A DNA stretch of 47,384 nucleotides, from NCBI RefSeq assembly GCF_006345805.1, contig NW_021834538.1, forward strand, positions 1 through 47,384, given 5' to 3'. Below the pieces are notes generated by a model, which was not told the DNA's origin, did not search any database, and saw only the letters and a list, made by a program, of their open reading frames with translations. Of this stretch, positions 25,534 through 36,095 are shown piece after piece. Made by a program: the position numbers and the translations under genes. Numbering within the stretch: the stretch's first letter is position 1; the number at the start of each line of letters is the position of its first letter. The stretch comes from Octopus sinensis. Taxonomy: Eukaryota.

Positions 25534-25885
25534 GCACACACATATATATATATATATTATTTGAATGTATGTGTGTGTTGTATGCAATTTATATACACAC
25601 ACATTTATTTATACATACATACATATATGTATACATGCATTCATTCATACATACATATATACGTACATACGTACGTACATACATACGTACGTACATACAT
25701 GCATACATACATATGTATATACACATACGTACATACATAATACATACATACATACATATACTTACATATGCGCGTACGTACGTACATACACACACACATG
25801 CATACATACATACATACATACATACATACATACATACATACATACATACATACATACATACATGCGTACGTACGTACGTACATAC
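25430..25885. repeat. Compound (CA)/(TA)/(CATA)/(CGTA)n microsatellite
   Basis: Read directly. Confidence 0.95.
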
Positions 25886-26059
25886 ACTGGCGTACGCTAC
25901 AAGGTAGGTAGGCCCGCTCAGAGACAGGAAACCAAAATAAAGTTTTAGGGAGGTAAAGAGAAAGAAGAGAGAGGCAGTAGAAATGAAAATTGAAAAGAGA
26001 AGGAGGAGAAAAAGATGGGGAAATATAGATGAAGAAGAGGAGGATGACGATGAAGAGGA

Positions 26060-26284
26060 TAATAATAATAATCCTTTCTACTATAGGTACAAGGCCTGAA
26101 ATATTCAGGGAGGGGACTGGTAGATTTACACAGACTCCAGTGTTTCAGTGCTACTTAATTTATCGACACCGAAAGAATGAAAAGCAAAGTCGACCTCGGC
26201 GGAATTTGAACTCAAAAGGTAACGACTGACAAAATACCACTAAACACTTCGCCCGGCGTGCTAATGATTCTGCAAGCTCGCGGC
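26060..26284 (-). mobile_element. SINE family B
   Basis: (ATA)n tail...aaagtcgacctcggcggaatttgaactc...gctaatgattctgcaagctcg. Confidence 0.85.
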
Positions 26285-26324
26285 TTTGGAAGAGGATAAT
26301 AATAATGATGATGACAACAGCAAT

Positions 26325-26542
26325 AGCAATAGTAATAACTGTAACTTCCAAATTTTTGGCAGGGTCAGCAAGTTGTAGGAATAGATGTGTAGTCGATTAT
26401 ATCGATCTCCAGTACTTGATTGATAATTTATTTTATTGACACTGAAAGAATGAAACGCAAATTTGACCTCGGCAGGATTTGAACTCTGAACGTAAAGAGC
26501 TGGAAGAAATACCGTTAAGCATGTTGTCCAATTCTGCCAGCT
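26325..26542 (-). mobile_element. SINE family B, tandem with the previous copy
   Basis: ...atttgacctcggcaggatttgaactctgaacgta...attctgccagct. Confidence 0.8.
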
Positions 26543-27289
26543 AAGAATAATGATAGTAATAAGACGACGAAGAAGGGAGGAGGAGAGAAGATGAGGACGA
26601 GGAAAAGAAGTAGGAGATGTATGAGGATGAGAAGACGAGGATGATGAAGAAGAAGAAGAATAGGAGGAGGAGGATGGTAGAAACGTAAAAAATACCCTAG
26701 AAAATGTGATAGAAAAACATAACAAACAGAAGAAAAACAGAAGAAAAGAAAGAAAGAATTCGTGTCTCGTGTTTGCAAAGCAATGTATGATAGAGAAATA
26801 CAGAAATAGACAGACAGACGTCTTAGGTTCGGATTTTTGTATAGTTTTTCTTCAATTTTCTACTCGCAGCAATTGGCAGACGACATTTTTACGCTTCACT
26901 AAATGTCAACGTAGGGCGAATGACGCCTCTATGGCGTGTCTAGGTGAGCATTGCAGACAATGGGTGTTCGTTATTAGTCGTAGTTGGCCAGTTTAACGGT
27001 GAAACGAGCCAGTTGTAAAGCTGGCAGAAGTGATGTTTCAAGGAAAGGCTTAAAGCTTAAGGATTCATACGAACGAGACAAACAATGTAAATAGCGACAC
27101 CTACTTCTTAACGCTTCAAATGGAATCATTACTACATGCAATTTCAGTTGCTGCCGTCTCAACCGACCTGTGTTGATTGAAGAGCATTTAGGCCGTGACA
27201 TAGCACACACACACACACACGCACCCAGACGTACATTCATTTATTCTCTGTCCCTCCCTTACGTCACACATACACACGTTCACGAACAC

Positions 27290-28400
27290 GCACGACAATA
27301 CATATCCATATATATACTTTCACGCATTTGGTCTATCCCTTCCTCTTAGGACTTTCTCTTGCTCTCATACGCCAAATATATTTAAGCGCCAACATTCTCT
27401 CACATTCTTATCTCTCTCCCTCTTTGTCCTTCTCTCTCTCTCTCCTTTATCCTTCTCACTCTCTTTTTCTCCCTCCCTTCCTTCCCTCTCTCTCTCCTTT
27501 ATCCTTCTCACTCTCTTTTTCTCCCTCCCTTCCTTCCCTCTCTCTCTCTATCATTCACACAAACACATACGATTTTAAACGTTGAAATATACAAAACAAT
27601 ATAAGAACGCACACTCACATAGATACACATGTACAAACACATGCAGACACACACATGCACACACCACTCACACACACACGCACAGTCATACGCATCCATT
27701 CACATACTTTTATGCATACGGTCCCCTCTATATATCTTTTTTCTTTCTTAGTATTTCTCATACGCCAAATATATTCAAGCGTTTGTATTCTCTCTCATTC
27801 TTTCCTCCCCCTCTTCTGTCTCCCGTTATCTCCCTCTTCCCCCTCTCACACACACACTCATACTCACACACACACTCACACACACACACACACACTCATA
27901 CTCACACACTCACTCATACTCACACACACAAAAACTCAAATGCGATTTTAAGCGTTCAAATATCCATACAAAACACAAAAAGAACGCACACTCAAATATA
28001 AATAAGAATGCACACATAGACAAATACACACGCGCACACAAACACACACACACATACACACAACGCGCACGCACACACACACAATCATACACACTCATAT
28101 GCATATAGATTCATGCATGTGGTCCCATCTATATCTTCTCTCTTAGTATCTATCTTGTTCTCGTGCGCCATATTTAAACGTTTGCATTCTCTCTCTTTCT
28201 TTTCTGTCTTTTCTTTCTTTTCTCCCTCTTTCTCTCTCTCTCTGACCATCTTGCTCTCTGTCTCTCTCTCTCTCTCTCCTCCTACTCTTCTCTTCCTCTC
28301 TCTCTCTCCTTCTCTCACACACAAGCTCACACAAATTTTAAACGTTCAAATCTCTGTACAAAACCGCATAACTACGTGTTCTCATATTGATACAGACGTA
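27290..28400. repeat. Three-unit ~370-400-bp tandem repeat built from microsatellite blocks and conserved islands
   Basis: Island 'tctcatacgccaaatatatt' near 27363, 27756, 28159; island 'attttaa(a/g)cgtt(g/c)aaat' near 27571, 27944, 28334. Confidence 0.75.
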
Positions 28401-28957
28401 GACACGCACGCACGCACGCACACACACACACACGCACAGGCAGACACGCACATAAATTCTCATACACTCGACCGCGTTTATACTTACGCAATCAGCCGTT
28501 CCCACATGCGAACACGCACAACGCGTTTTTTCCCCTCTTTCTCTCCCATCCGAGACATGCATTCAAATATACACGCCTTCCTCTTTATATACACACAACA
28601 CACACATACATACACGCACGCATACCTAGATACATGCACACACATGCATATCCATATATACGTACATACATATATACATACATGCATACACATATTTATA
28701 CAAACATGCACGCAAATACTTAAATATACATACACAAAAACAACTACACTACATGCATGCATACATGCACTCACACACAACACACGCACACACATACACA
28801 CACACACGTACACACACATACACACAATCATGCATATATACATACACATATACACTTACATGTATACACACATATACATATATATACATACACTCACATA
28901 TTCACACAATCATTCACGCAACTGCATACATACATATACACACAAACAACCTTGCTA

Positions 28958-29363
28958 GGCGCAGGAGTGGCTGTGTGGTAAGTAGCTTGCTTACCAACCA
29001 CATGGTTCCGGGTTCAGTCCCACTGCGTAGCACCTTCGGCAAGTGTCTTCTACTATACCCTCGGGCCGACCAGAGCATTGTGAGTGGATTTGGTAGACGG
29101 AAACTGAAATAAACCTGTCGTATATATGTATATGTATATATATGTGTGTGTTTGTGTGTCTGTGTTTGTTCCCCCCACTCCCAACATCGCTTGACAACTG
29201 ATGCTGGTGTGTTTACGTTTCCGCAACTTAGCGGTTCGGAAAAAAGAGACCGATAGAATAAGTACTAGGCTTACAAAGAATAAGTCCTGGGCTCGATTTG
29301 CTCGACTAAAGGCAGTGCTCCAGCATGGCTGCAGCCAAATAACTGAATCAAGTAAAAGAGTAA
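28958..29363 (+). mobile_element. SINE family A, full length
   Basis: ggcgcaggagtggctgtgtggtaagtagcttgc...agtaaaagagtaa. Confidence 0.93.
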
Positions 29364-29391
29364 TACATGCACTCATGCACACACACACATG

Positions 29392-29425
<34 letters not shown>

Positions 29426-29456
29426 ACACACACATATATATACATATACATATACG

Positions 29457-29496
<40 letters not shown>

Positions 29497-29919
29497 ATAT
29501 ATATACATCCACACACATATTCAAAGAAACTGCATACATGCATATACACACAAACAACCTTGCTACACACATGCACTCATGCACGCACGCAACACACACA
29601 CACACACATACACACACATACATACATACAGACACACACGCACCTCGCTCGCTTTCATAACCGTACAGACGCATACAAACAAACACTCGCTCGCACACTC
29701 TCTCATATACATACTATCACGCACAGCTTCCTCGCAAACGACAAACACGGCCATGTTATCTTGGAGATACCGATCTGTGATTAGATGCGTCCGATCTGTT
29801 GGTGCTTTGCTGTCAGGAACGTCAACCGATTATTAAATCAATTTAGTTTCTATCAACCGATCAACCGAAATGTAAGTCTTGTATTGAATACCTGTCTGTC
29901 TGTCTGACTGTATTTATTT

Positions 29920-30375
29920 ATGTATGTATGTATGTATGTATGTGTGTATGTGTGTGTGTATGTATGTATGTGTGTGTGTATGTATGTGTGTATGTATGTA
30001 TGTATGTATGTATGTATGTATCTATGTGTGTATGTATGTATGTATGTATGTGTGTGTGTATGTATGTGTATGTATGTATGTATGTGTGTGTATGTGTGTA
30101 TGTATGTGTGTATGTGTGTATGTATGTATGTATGTATGTATGTGTGTGTGTGTATGTATGTATGTGTGTGTATGTATGTATGTATGTATGTATGTATGTG
30201 TGTGTGTGTATGCATGTGTGTGTGTATGTATGTATGTATGTATGTATGTGTGTGTATGTATGTGTGTATGTATGTATGTATGTATGTATGTATGTGTGTG
30301 TGTATGTGTGTATGTATGTATGTGTGTATGTCCGTTTGTCTGTCCGTTTGCCCATCTGTCTATCTATCAATCAAT

Positions 30376-30431
<56 letters not shown>

Positions 30432-30450
30432 CTAACTATCTATCTATCTA
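29920..30450. repeat. (TATG)n/(TG)n then (TC)n/(TATC)n microsatellites
   Basis: Read directly. Confidence 0.96.
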
Positions 30451-30513
30451 AATTAACAAATCCACTCTCCAGTTAAGCGAAGCATGTAAAAACACGTGAT
30501 ATGAAAATAAATC

Positions 30514-30686
30514 ATTATTTACATTATTTACATTTGACGGATATTTGTCCACATCTTGTTTGTTGTCAACACGTTTCGGCTGATATACCCTCCAGCCTTC
30601 ATCAGGTGCCTTGGGGAAATTTCGAACCTGGGTTCTCATTCTTAAAGTAGTTTTCGTTGTTGTTGTTGTTGTTGTTGTTGTTGTTG

Positions 30687-30731
<45 letters not shown>

Positions 30732-30854
30732 TATTATTATTATTACTATTATTATTATTATTATTAATATTATTGAGGTCATTTCCTGGAATCGAACTCG
30801 AAATCTCAGGGTTAGTAGCTCGCGCTCTTAACCACTACGCCATATGCTCGTGGC
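30514..30854 (-). mobile_element. Family H composite SINE: tRNA-like head, (AAT)n/(AAC)n linker, hammerhead-like core and (TGTAAATAA)n tail
   Basis: Minus strand: gcatatggcgtagtggttaagagcgcg...gagttcgattcc (A and B boxes)...ggcacCTGATGAaggctggagggtatatcagccGAAAcgtgttgac...gtcaaatgtaaataatgtaaataat. Second copy at 33347-34227. Confidence 0.75.
30565..30612 (-). ncRNA. Minimal type I hammerhead ribozyme-like motif, degenerate at stem III
   Basis: CUGAUGA (30605-30599), extra A, stem II GGCUG/CAGCC, GAAA (30577-30574). Confidence 0.55.
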
Positions 30855-31301
30855 CAACAAACAAGACGAGGACAAATATCCGTCAAATGTAAATATTGTA
30901 AATAATGTAAATAATGTACATAATTCCTCATCACTTAAATATAGAATGAAAATAAATGTTGCATAGAATAAGACGAAGAGAAGGACCTTGTCACCCAGCA
31001 AAGAAATGTCAACATTGGATGATTCTGAAATAAAATAAACCACAGAGATTGTTTTTCTTGGCGGTCTAATTCCAAGTGGATTGGTATACGGGAAGAGATG
31101 GGTCTGATTAGTATCCACAACTAAGGACGAGCGGATTATCAGCTAACTGGGCTGTGCAAAGTCCTCAATTCTCCAGTCCATTGTATCAATCTTGTATTTA
31201 ATTTTATCAGCCGCGGAAAGTAAAAGAATTATTGTAACTTGGTTGAGTCATCGCGACTGCTTTGATACACGAGCGATTCACTATCTATTTTATTATGGAT
31301 A

Positions 31302-31647
31302 GGCGCATGGCTCAGTGGTTAAAGCGTCGTGCTCACAATCATGAGTCACATAGTTCGATTCCTGCACCGGGATGTCTGTTGTACTCTTGAGTAAGGCACT
31401 TTATTTCACGTTGCTCCAGTTCACTCAGCTGTAGAAATGAGTTGCGACGTCACTGGTGCCAAGCTGTATCGGCTCCTTTGCCTTTCCCTTGGATAACATC
31501 AGTGGCGTGGAGAGGGGAAACAGGTATGTATGGACAACGGCCGGTCTTCCATAAACAACCTTGCCCGGACTTGTGTCTCGGAGGGGAACTTTCTAGGTGC
31601 AATTCCATTGTCATTCATGACCGAAGCGGTGTCTTTACCCTGACCCT
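31302..31647 (+). mobile_element. tRNA-derived SINE sharing the family C head and middle, with a different tail
   Basis: ggcgcatggctcagtggttaaagcg...agttcgattcc...cacttatttcacgttgctccagttcactcagctg, then a distinct 3' part. Confidence 0.8.
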
Positions 31648-31954
31648 AAAATAAGTTAGGTCAAGTGTCATAACGGAATACAACGGTATTTTATGAAGCA
31701 CTAGTAAATATAATTGTTTTGATAAAATCAACCCAGACCCTTTAAGGAAACAGGCAATTTTATCTATTCTGTATTACTCCTATTTATGTTCTAAGATTTT
31801 AAATGTATCAAAGTTTCCCGTCGAAGCCTTAAAAATATCAAATTCATGGTACATCTAATTGCTAATATTCTATACTCAATCTTGACTGTTTTGAGAAATT
31901 TTCTAATGTCATGGTTGGAGTGTGAATTTGATAAATGTTTGGTGTAATAGTAAT

Positions 31955-32275
31955 ATAAATGATGTTTGATAGCGTTAAATGATATTTGATAGCTCCAAAT
32001 CGTATTTTATGGTGTTAAATGATATTTTATAGTTACTAATGGCATCAGATGGTGTGAAATATATGTTCAAGTAGTATTAAATAGTATTACAGTGGCATTT
32101 CAGGTCTTAAATGGTGTTTGATACACTTAAATAATATCAGACGGTGTTAAATAGCATTTGATTATCTGAAATGGTATTCGGCGCTGATAAATAGCATTTG
32201 ATACGCTTCAACTTTACCTGATGTGTTCAATGGTATTTCATGGCGTTAAATGATATCTGATAACGTTAAGTGGTA
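31955..32275. repeat. Degenerate ~11-bp-periodic minisatellite
   Basis: Repeating atggtgttaa / atgatatttg / atagcatttg variants. Confidence 0.6.
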
Positions 32276-32411
32276 TTTTTTTTAATATTTTACCGTCGCC
32301 ATCCGCCATTCTAGATTGCTTTAGGTGTTTTTTTTTGTTTTGTTTTTTTGCTAACATACTAGATGAGAAGAGGGTGCAAGCCCTTATCCATACATACCTG
32401 TATTATTCGTA

Positions 32412-32463
<52 letters not shown>

Positions 32464-32623
32464 TGTGTGTGAAAGCTCCTCTCCTCTTATCATCCTCTCA
32501 CAATACAGTGAAGCCGATTCCGAGAGAGAAGTACCAGTATCAATACTTCTCTCTTTCTTTCTCTCTCTCTCTCTCTCTCTCTCCCTTTCCCCCCTCTCTC
32601 TCTATATATATATGTATTGTGCA

Positions 32624-32917
32624 GGCACAATGGCCCAGTGGTTAGGGCAGCGGACTCGCGGTCGTAGGATCGTGGTTTCGATTCCCAGACCGTTGTGAGT
32701 GTTTATTGAGCGAAAACACCGAAAGCGCCACGAGGCTCCGGCAGGGGATGGTGGCGATCCCTGCTGTACTCTTTCGCGGCAGCTTTCTCTCACTCTTTCT
32801 TCTGTTGGCCTGCTCGCTTAGCCAGCGGGGTGGCGTCATTTGAAGGCTAAAACAATGCGAAGCGCATTGTGACCAGCGATGTGTAGCAACATCTGATAGC
32901 CTGGTCGGTCACGTGAT

Positions 32918-32923
<6 letters not shown>
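32624..32923 (+). mobile_element. tRNA-derived SINE, family F
   Basis: ggcacaatggcccagtggttagggcagcggactcg...tttcgattcc...gtgtttattgagcgaaaacacc...ggtcacgtgatcacgtg; head and middle shared with 42771-43256. Confidence 0.85.
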
Positions 32924-32956
<33 letters not shown>

Positions 32957-32959
32957 TTA

Positions 32960-33169
32960 AGTTAATCCAAACATGAAAACACAAAGAGAAAACACAACAA
33001 CGCGAGTACGTGGAACAAGTATAGTGTTATTGGACGCTCAGGAAAGGAAAGAAAGGAGGATTCAACGTTTCGAGCGGAGCACTTCATCAAAAAGATAGGA
33101 AAAGGAAAGATCCAAGAAAGGGAAGACGGAGGTAAAAAAATCGCCAACGATACACACGCGGTCACACAC

Positions 33170-33170
<1 letters not shown>
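32960..33170 (-). mobile_element. Short repeat (family D) with hammerhead-like core, probably a Penelope-like terminal remnant
   Basis: Minus strand tTGATGAagtgctccgctcGAAACGTTgaa at 33092-33062. Confidence 0.5.
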
Positions 33171-33212
<42 letters not shown>

Positions 33213-33402
33213 CATACATATATAAAAAGAGAGAGAGAGAGAGGGGGAGAGAGAGAGAAAGAGAGATAGAAAAGCTGAAAATATTCAGATGAAGACTCGT
33301 GTATAAACATATAGACGTTTATAGGTTTACAGAACAAATTTACAAGTACATTATTTACATTACTTACATTTGACGGATATTTGTTCTCATCTTGTTTGTT
33401 GT

Positions 33403-33451
33403 TAGCACAACGTTTCGGCTGATATACCCTCCAGCCTTCATCAAGTGTCTC
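33403..33451 (-). ncRNA. Minimal type I hammerhead ribozyme-like motif (C3 to U variant)
   Basis: gacac-TTGATGA-a-GGCTG-gagggtatat-CAGCC-GAA-ACGT-T-gtg: palindromic ACGT stem III, GUU triplet, cac/gtg stem I. Confidence 0.55.
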
Positions 33452-33496
33452 GGGGAAATTTCGAACCTGGGTTCTTATTCCTAAGGTATTTTTCGA

Positions 33497-33560
<64 letters not shown>

Positions 33561-34091
33561 GAGTGACACTGGGGTAAAATATACGAAGCCCAGTATACCC
33601 ATCATGGCTACCCGTCTAATAAGGATACACCAGGCACATGCATCACGACCATATGTGCGTGACATGATGATCTCATATCAAGATAAACAGCACAAGACCA
33701 TGCAGGTGGGGCCCAGTTAGAATTTTCTCCTGGTCGAGTAGCCCATCCCACTCAAAAGGTCCCTGAATAAGGATTGTTTAAGGATTTTGAACGAAACACC
33801 CATGTTTCCAAAGGTGAATTATCCAAACCTCCAAGAATTCCTTTCAACACACGGCTATGATGCTCCCACACTACTTCTGCTCGTAATCAGAGATGCACAT
33901 ATCGTCAGCCACTAATGGATATAGCTAACTGGTTAAGGTCAAACAACTGACAAGCAAGTCTGTGGTACTGAGCAGAATATTTGCTGCAGCCCATCTTTTA
34001 TACCAAGACAAAACAATGTACATGATAACACTTCCAATAAGTTAAGATCAGAAGCCATGAGAGCCACTGTCTGGTACTGCATCAGGGCATC
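33561..34091. mobile_element. Unclassified ~530-bp insert within (ATT)n
   Basis: Complex sequence bounded on both sides by (ATT)n and absent from the paralogous copy at 30514-30854. Confidence 0.6.
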
Positions 34092-34108
34092 TATTATTAT
34101 TATTATTA

Positions 34109-34148
<40 letters not shown>

Positions 34149-34366
34149 CATTCAGGTAACTGCTTGGAATCGAACTCGAAATCTTTGGGTTAGCAGCCCG
34201 CGCTCTTAACCACTACGCCGTATGTGCTTATAGACAAGTAGTTTTAAAAAATACAAAAAACTAAGGGGAGAAGGTATGGTATTTCAAATCTGACAACTGA
34301 TTCTGGGGGCTCGAGATTACGCAATAGTTGTAATGTTCATAACTGGTACAGAAGCAACCAATAGGG

Positions 34367-34650
34367 CAGGAGTTCTCAACCAGTTTTTATCTGTAGATCC
34401 CTTTGATTAGTATTTTATTCTGGTGGACCCTTATAGCCATTCGATGTTTAAAAACTAGTTTTATAGAAACTTCTTTCAAAAATTTTAATTTTATTTTTCA
34501 CACATTAATTTGTGTAGGTTGAACGTCAGAGAAAGAATCTGTCTGTTCCTTGCAATACATACCAATGCGTACATCTAAAGCAAAACTTTCTTAGGGGTCC
34601 TTAAAATACTATTGTGGACAATTTATTATTTTGTAGTGTGGACCCCAAAA
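34367..34650 (+). mobile_element. Probable hAT (Charlie-like) non-autonomous fragment
   Basis: Starts CAGGAGTTCTCAACC and contains gtggaccc motifs typical of such MITEs; no matching right TIR found. Confidence 0.4.
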
Positions 34651-35226
34651 AATCTCAGCGGCCATATTCTTCATAAAAGAAGAATAAGAGAAGAAACAAG
34701 AATTAAATTCTAAACTCTTAGTTTCCGGCGTAACTCTTTAGGGCACATCCGCCTGTGTTAGATTTCCCACTCTTCTTCCTTTTTGCATCTCTTGTCCCTT
34801 GTTTACACATTCTAAGGCAGCGTTTCTCAGCTATACATTGAAAATATATGGGGAAAGGAAGAAGAAAAAGAGCGAAAATGCACATTGAATATCGAAAAAA
34901 AAAATTAAGGCGTTTTTATGAAAAGTAGCGATAAATAAATGCCATTTGATGAATTGAGGTAGAATTAAGAGGAATTAAATTCATTATTTTGAATTGTTAA
35001 AGAGATTCAAAGTCAAACCGGTATCATCGTTGCTGTTCATTGGCTTTGAATGCGCACCGATTATCAAACGGTGTCTGGTCTACTAGTACCTGAGTAAAAA
35101 GTTGTGTAAGGGAGGTAAGTAGTTCTGGAGTGGTGCAATTAGGGTTGATATAATACTGTAATATGAATGGTATAAGGAATGTATGTGCGTTAGTGGTATT
35201 ATTGGTAAAGTTAGTAGTTTTCTGTA

Positions 35227-35667
35227 TTATGTTGTGTTCACGTTCAGTTGTGGATGATATTTATTGATGAAAGTTGCTTCTTTATTCATTCTTTGCTGTA
35301 CTGAGGTTTTCTGTGAACATTGATAGAAGGGGAAAATTAGGAAATTAGGATTAAGGTTCCTAGCACACATATCTATGCGTTCACTGACCTATATCTGTCT
35401 GTATTGTGGGTGGAGGATTTGTTCTCTGTGAAGGGTGGTTCTTCGACGGAGTGGTATTCCTGTTTGGCCAATATATTGATTACCGCATCCTAAGCAGGTA
35501 ATGGCATGGATTAGGTTTTCTGAGGCACTGGTGAAATTTGATTTAATCTTAAATATTTCACCTTGTTGAAAGTGGAACTCTGTACTCTCCAAAATGTGGG
35601 GCATGTGCCACAGTTTGGCCGACCGCATTTTTTCACTTTTGGTTCCGTTGTTAATGAATAATGTCAT
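35227..35667 (-). pseudogene. Penelope-like element C-terminal GIY-YIG endonuclease remnant
   Basis: ...FKIKSNFTSASENLIHAITCLGCGNQYIGQTGIPLRRRTTLHREQI...RQI*VSERID...EATFINKYHPQLNVNTT*: (N)LIY...YIGQT and R...H motifs; one in-frame stop at 35389-35391, terminal stop at 35229-35227. Confidence 0.88.
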
Positions 35668-35803
35668 GCGTTGGTTAATATTTTTTTCAATGATTTCGGC
35701 TGCATTTTGTGTGAGCCTAAAATTTTGTTCATTGTTTTATCTCCTGTGAGAACGAGTAGATTTTGGATGAAAGACGGAAGATGGAATGTACGAGAATTTT
35801 TAT

Positions 35804-35913
35804 TATTAATCCCGATTGTTTCGGCACATCTAGTATAGATCCCTCACGGGTGCGACACTTAACAACTGGTTCCGGAGCATCCGGTGGTGCAGATGTGTCT
35901 CATCGGGTGATAA
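35804..35913 (-). ncRNA. Degenerate hammerhead-like motif with a long stem II insert, upstream of the Penelope remnant
   Basis: ttatcac-CCGATGA-gacacatct...(about 60 nt)...agatgtgcc-GAAAC-aatc-gggatt. Confidence 0.4.
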
Positions 35914-36095
35914 ATAGATACAACCCGTTAAAATAACAGTTCTGGAATGTATCTTCTCATTTCGAAGAAAGAAAAGCAGCAAAACGAAAGAAATATCTTC
36001 ATTTATATAAAAGATCAAAAATAAAATCACATGCAAAAATGAAACAAACATGCAATACAGCGAGAAAAGTATTAAAAATAACCATTAACAGATAT

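Larger units (their letters stand above)
33347..34227 (-). mobile_element. Second family H copy, interrupted by a ~530-bp insert in its (ATT)n linker
   Basis: Tail and hammerhead region 33347-33500 match 30514-30655; head 34150-34227 matches 30775-30850. Confidence 0.75.

Noticed and set aside
30775-30850. tRNA-like sequences as genuine tRNA genes (also the heads of families A, B, C, F)
   Set aside because: No complete acceptor stem and they run into SINE bodies, so they are SINE heads.
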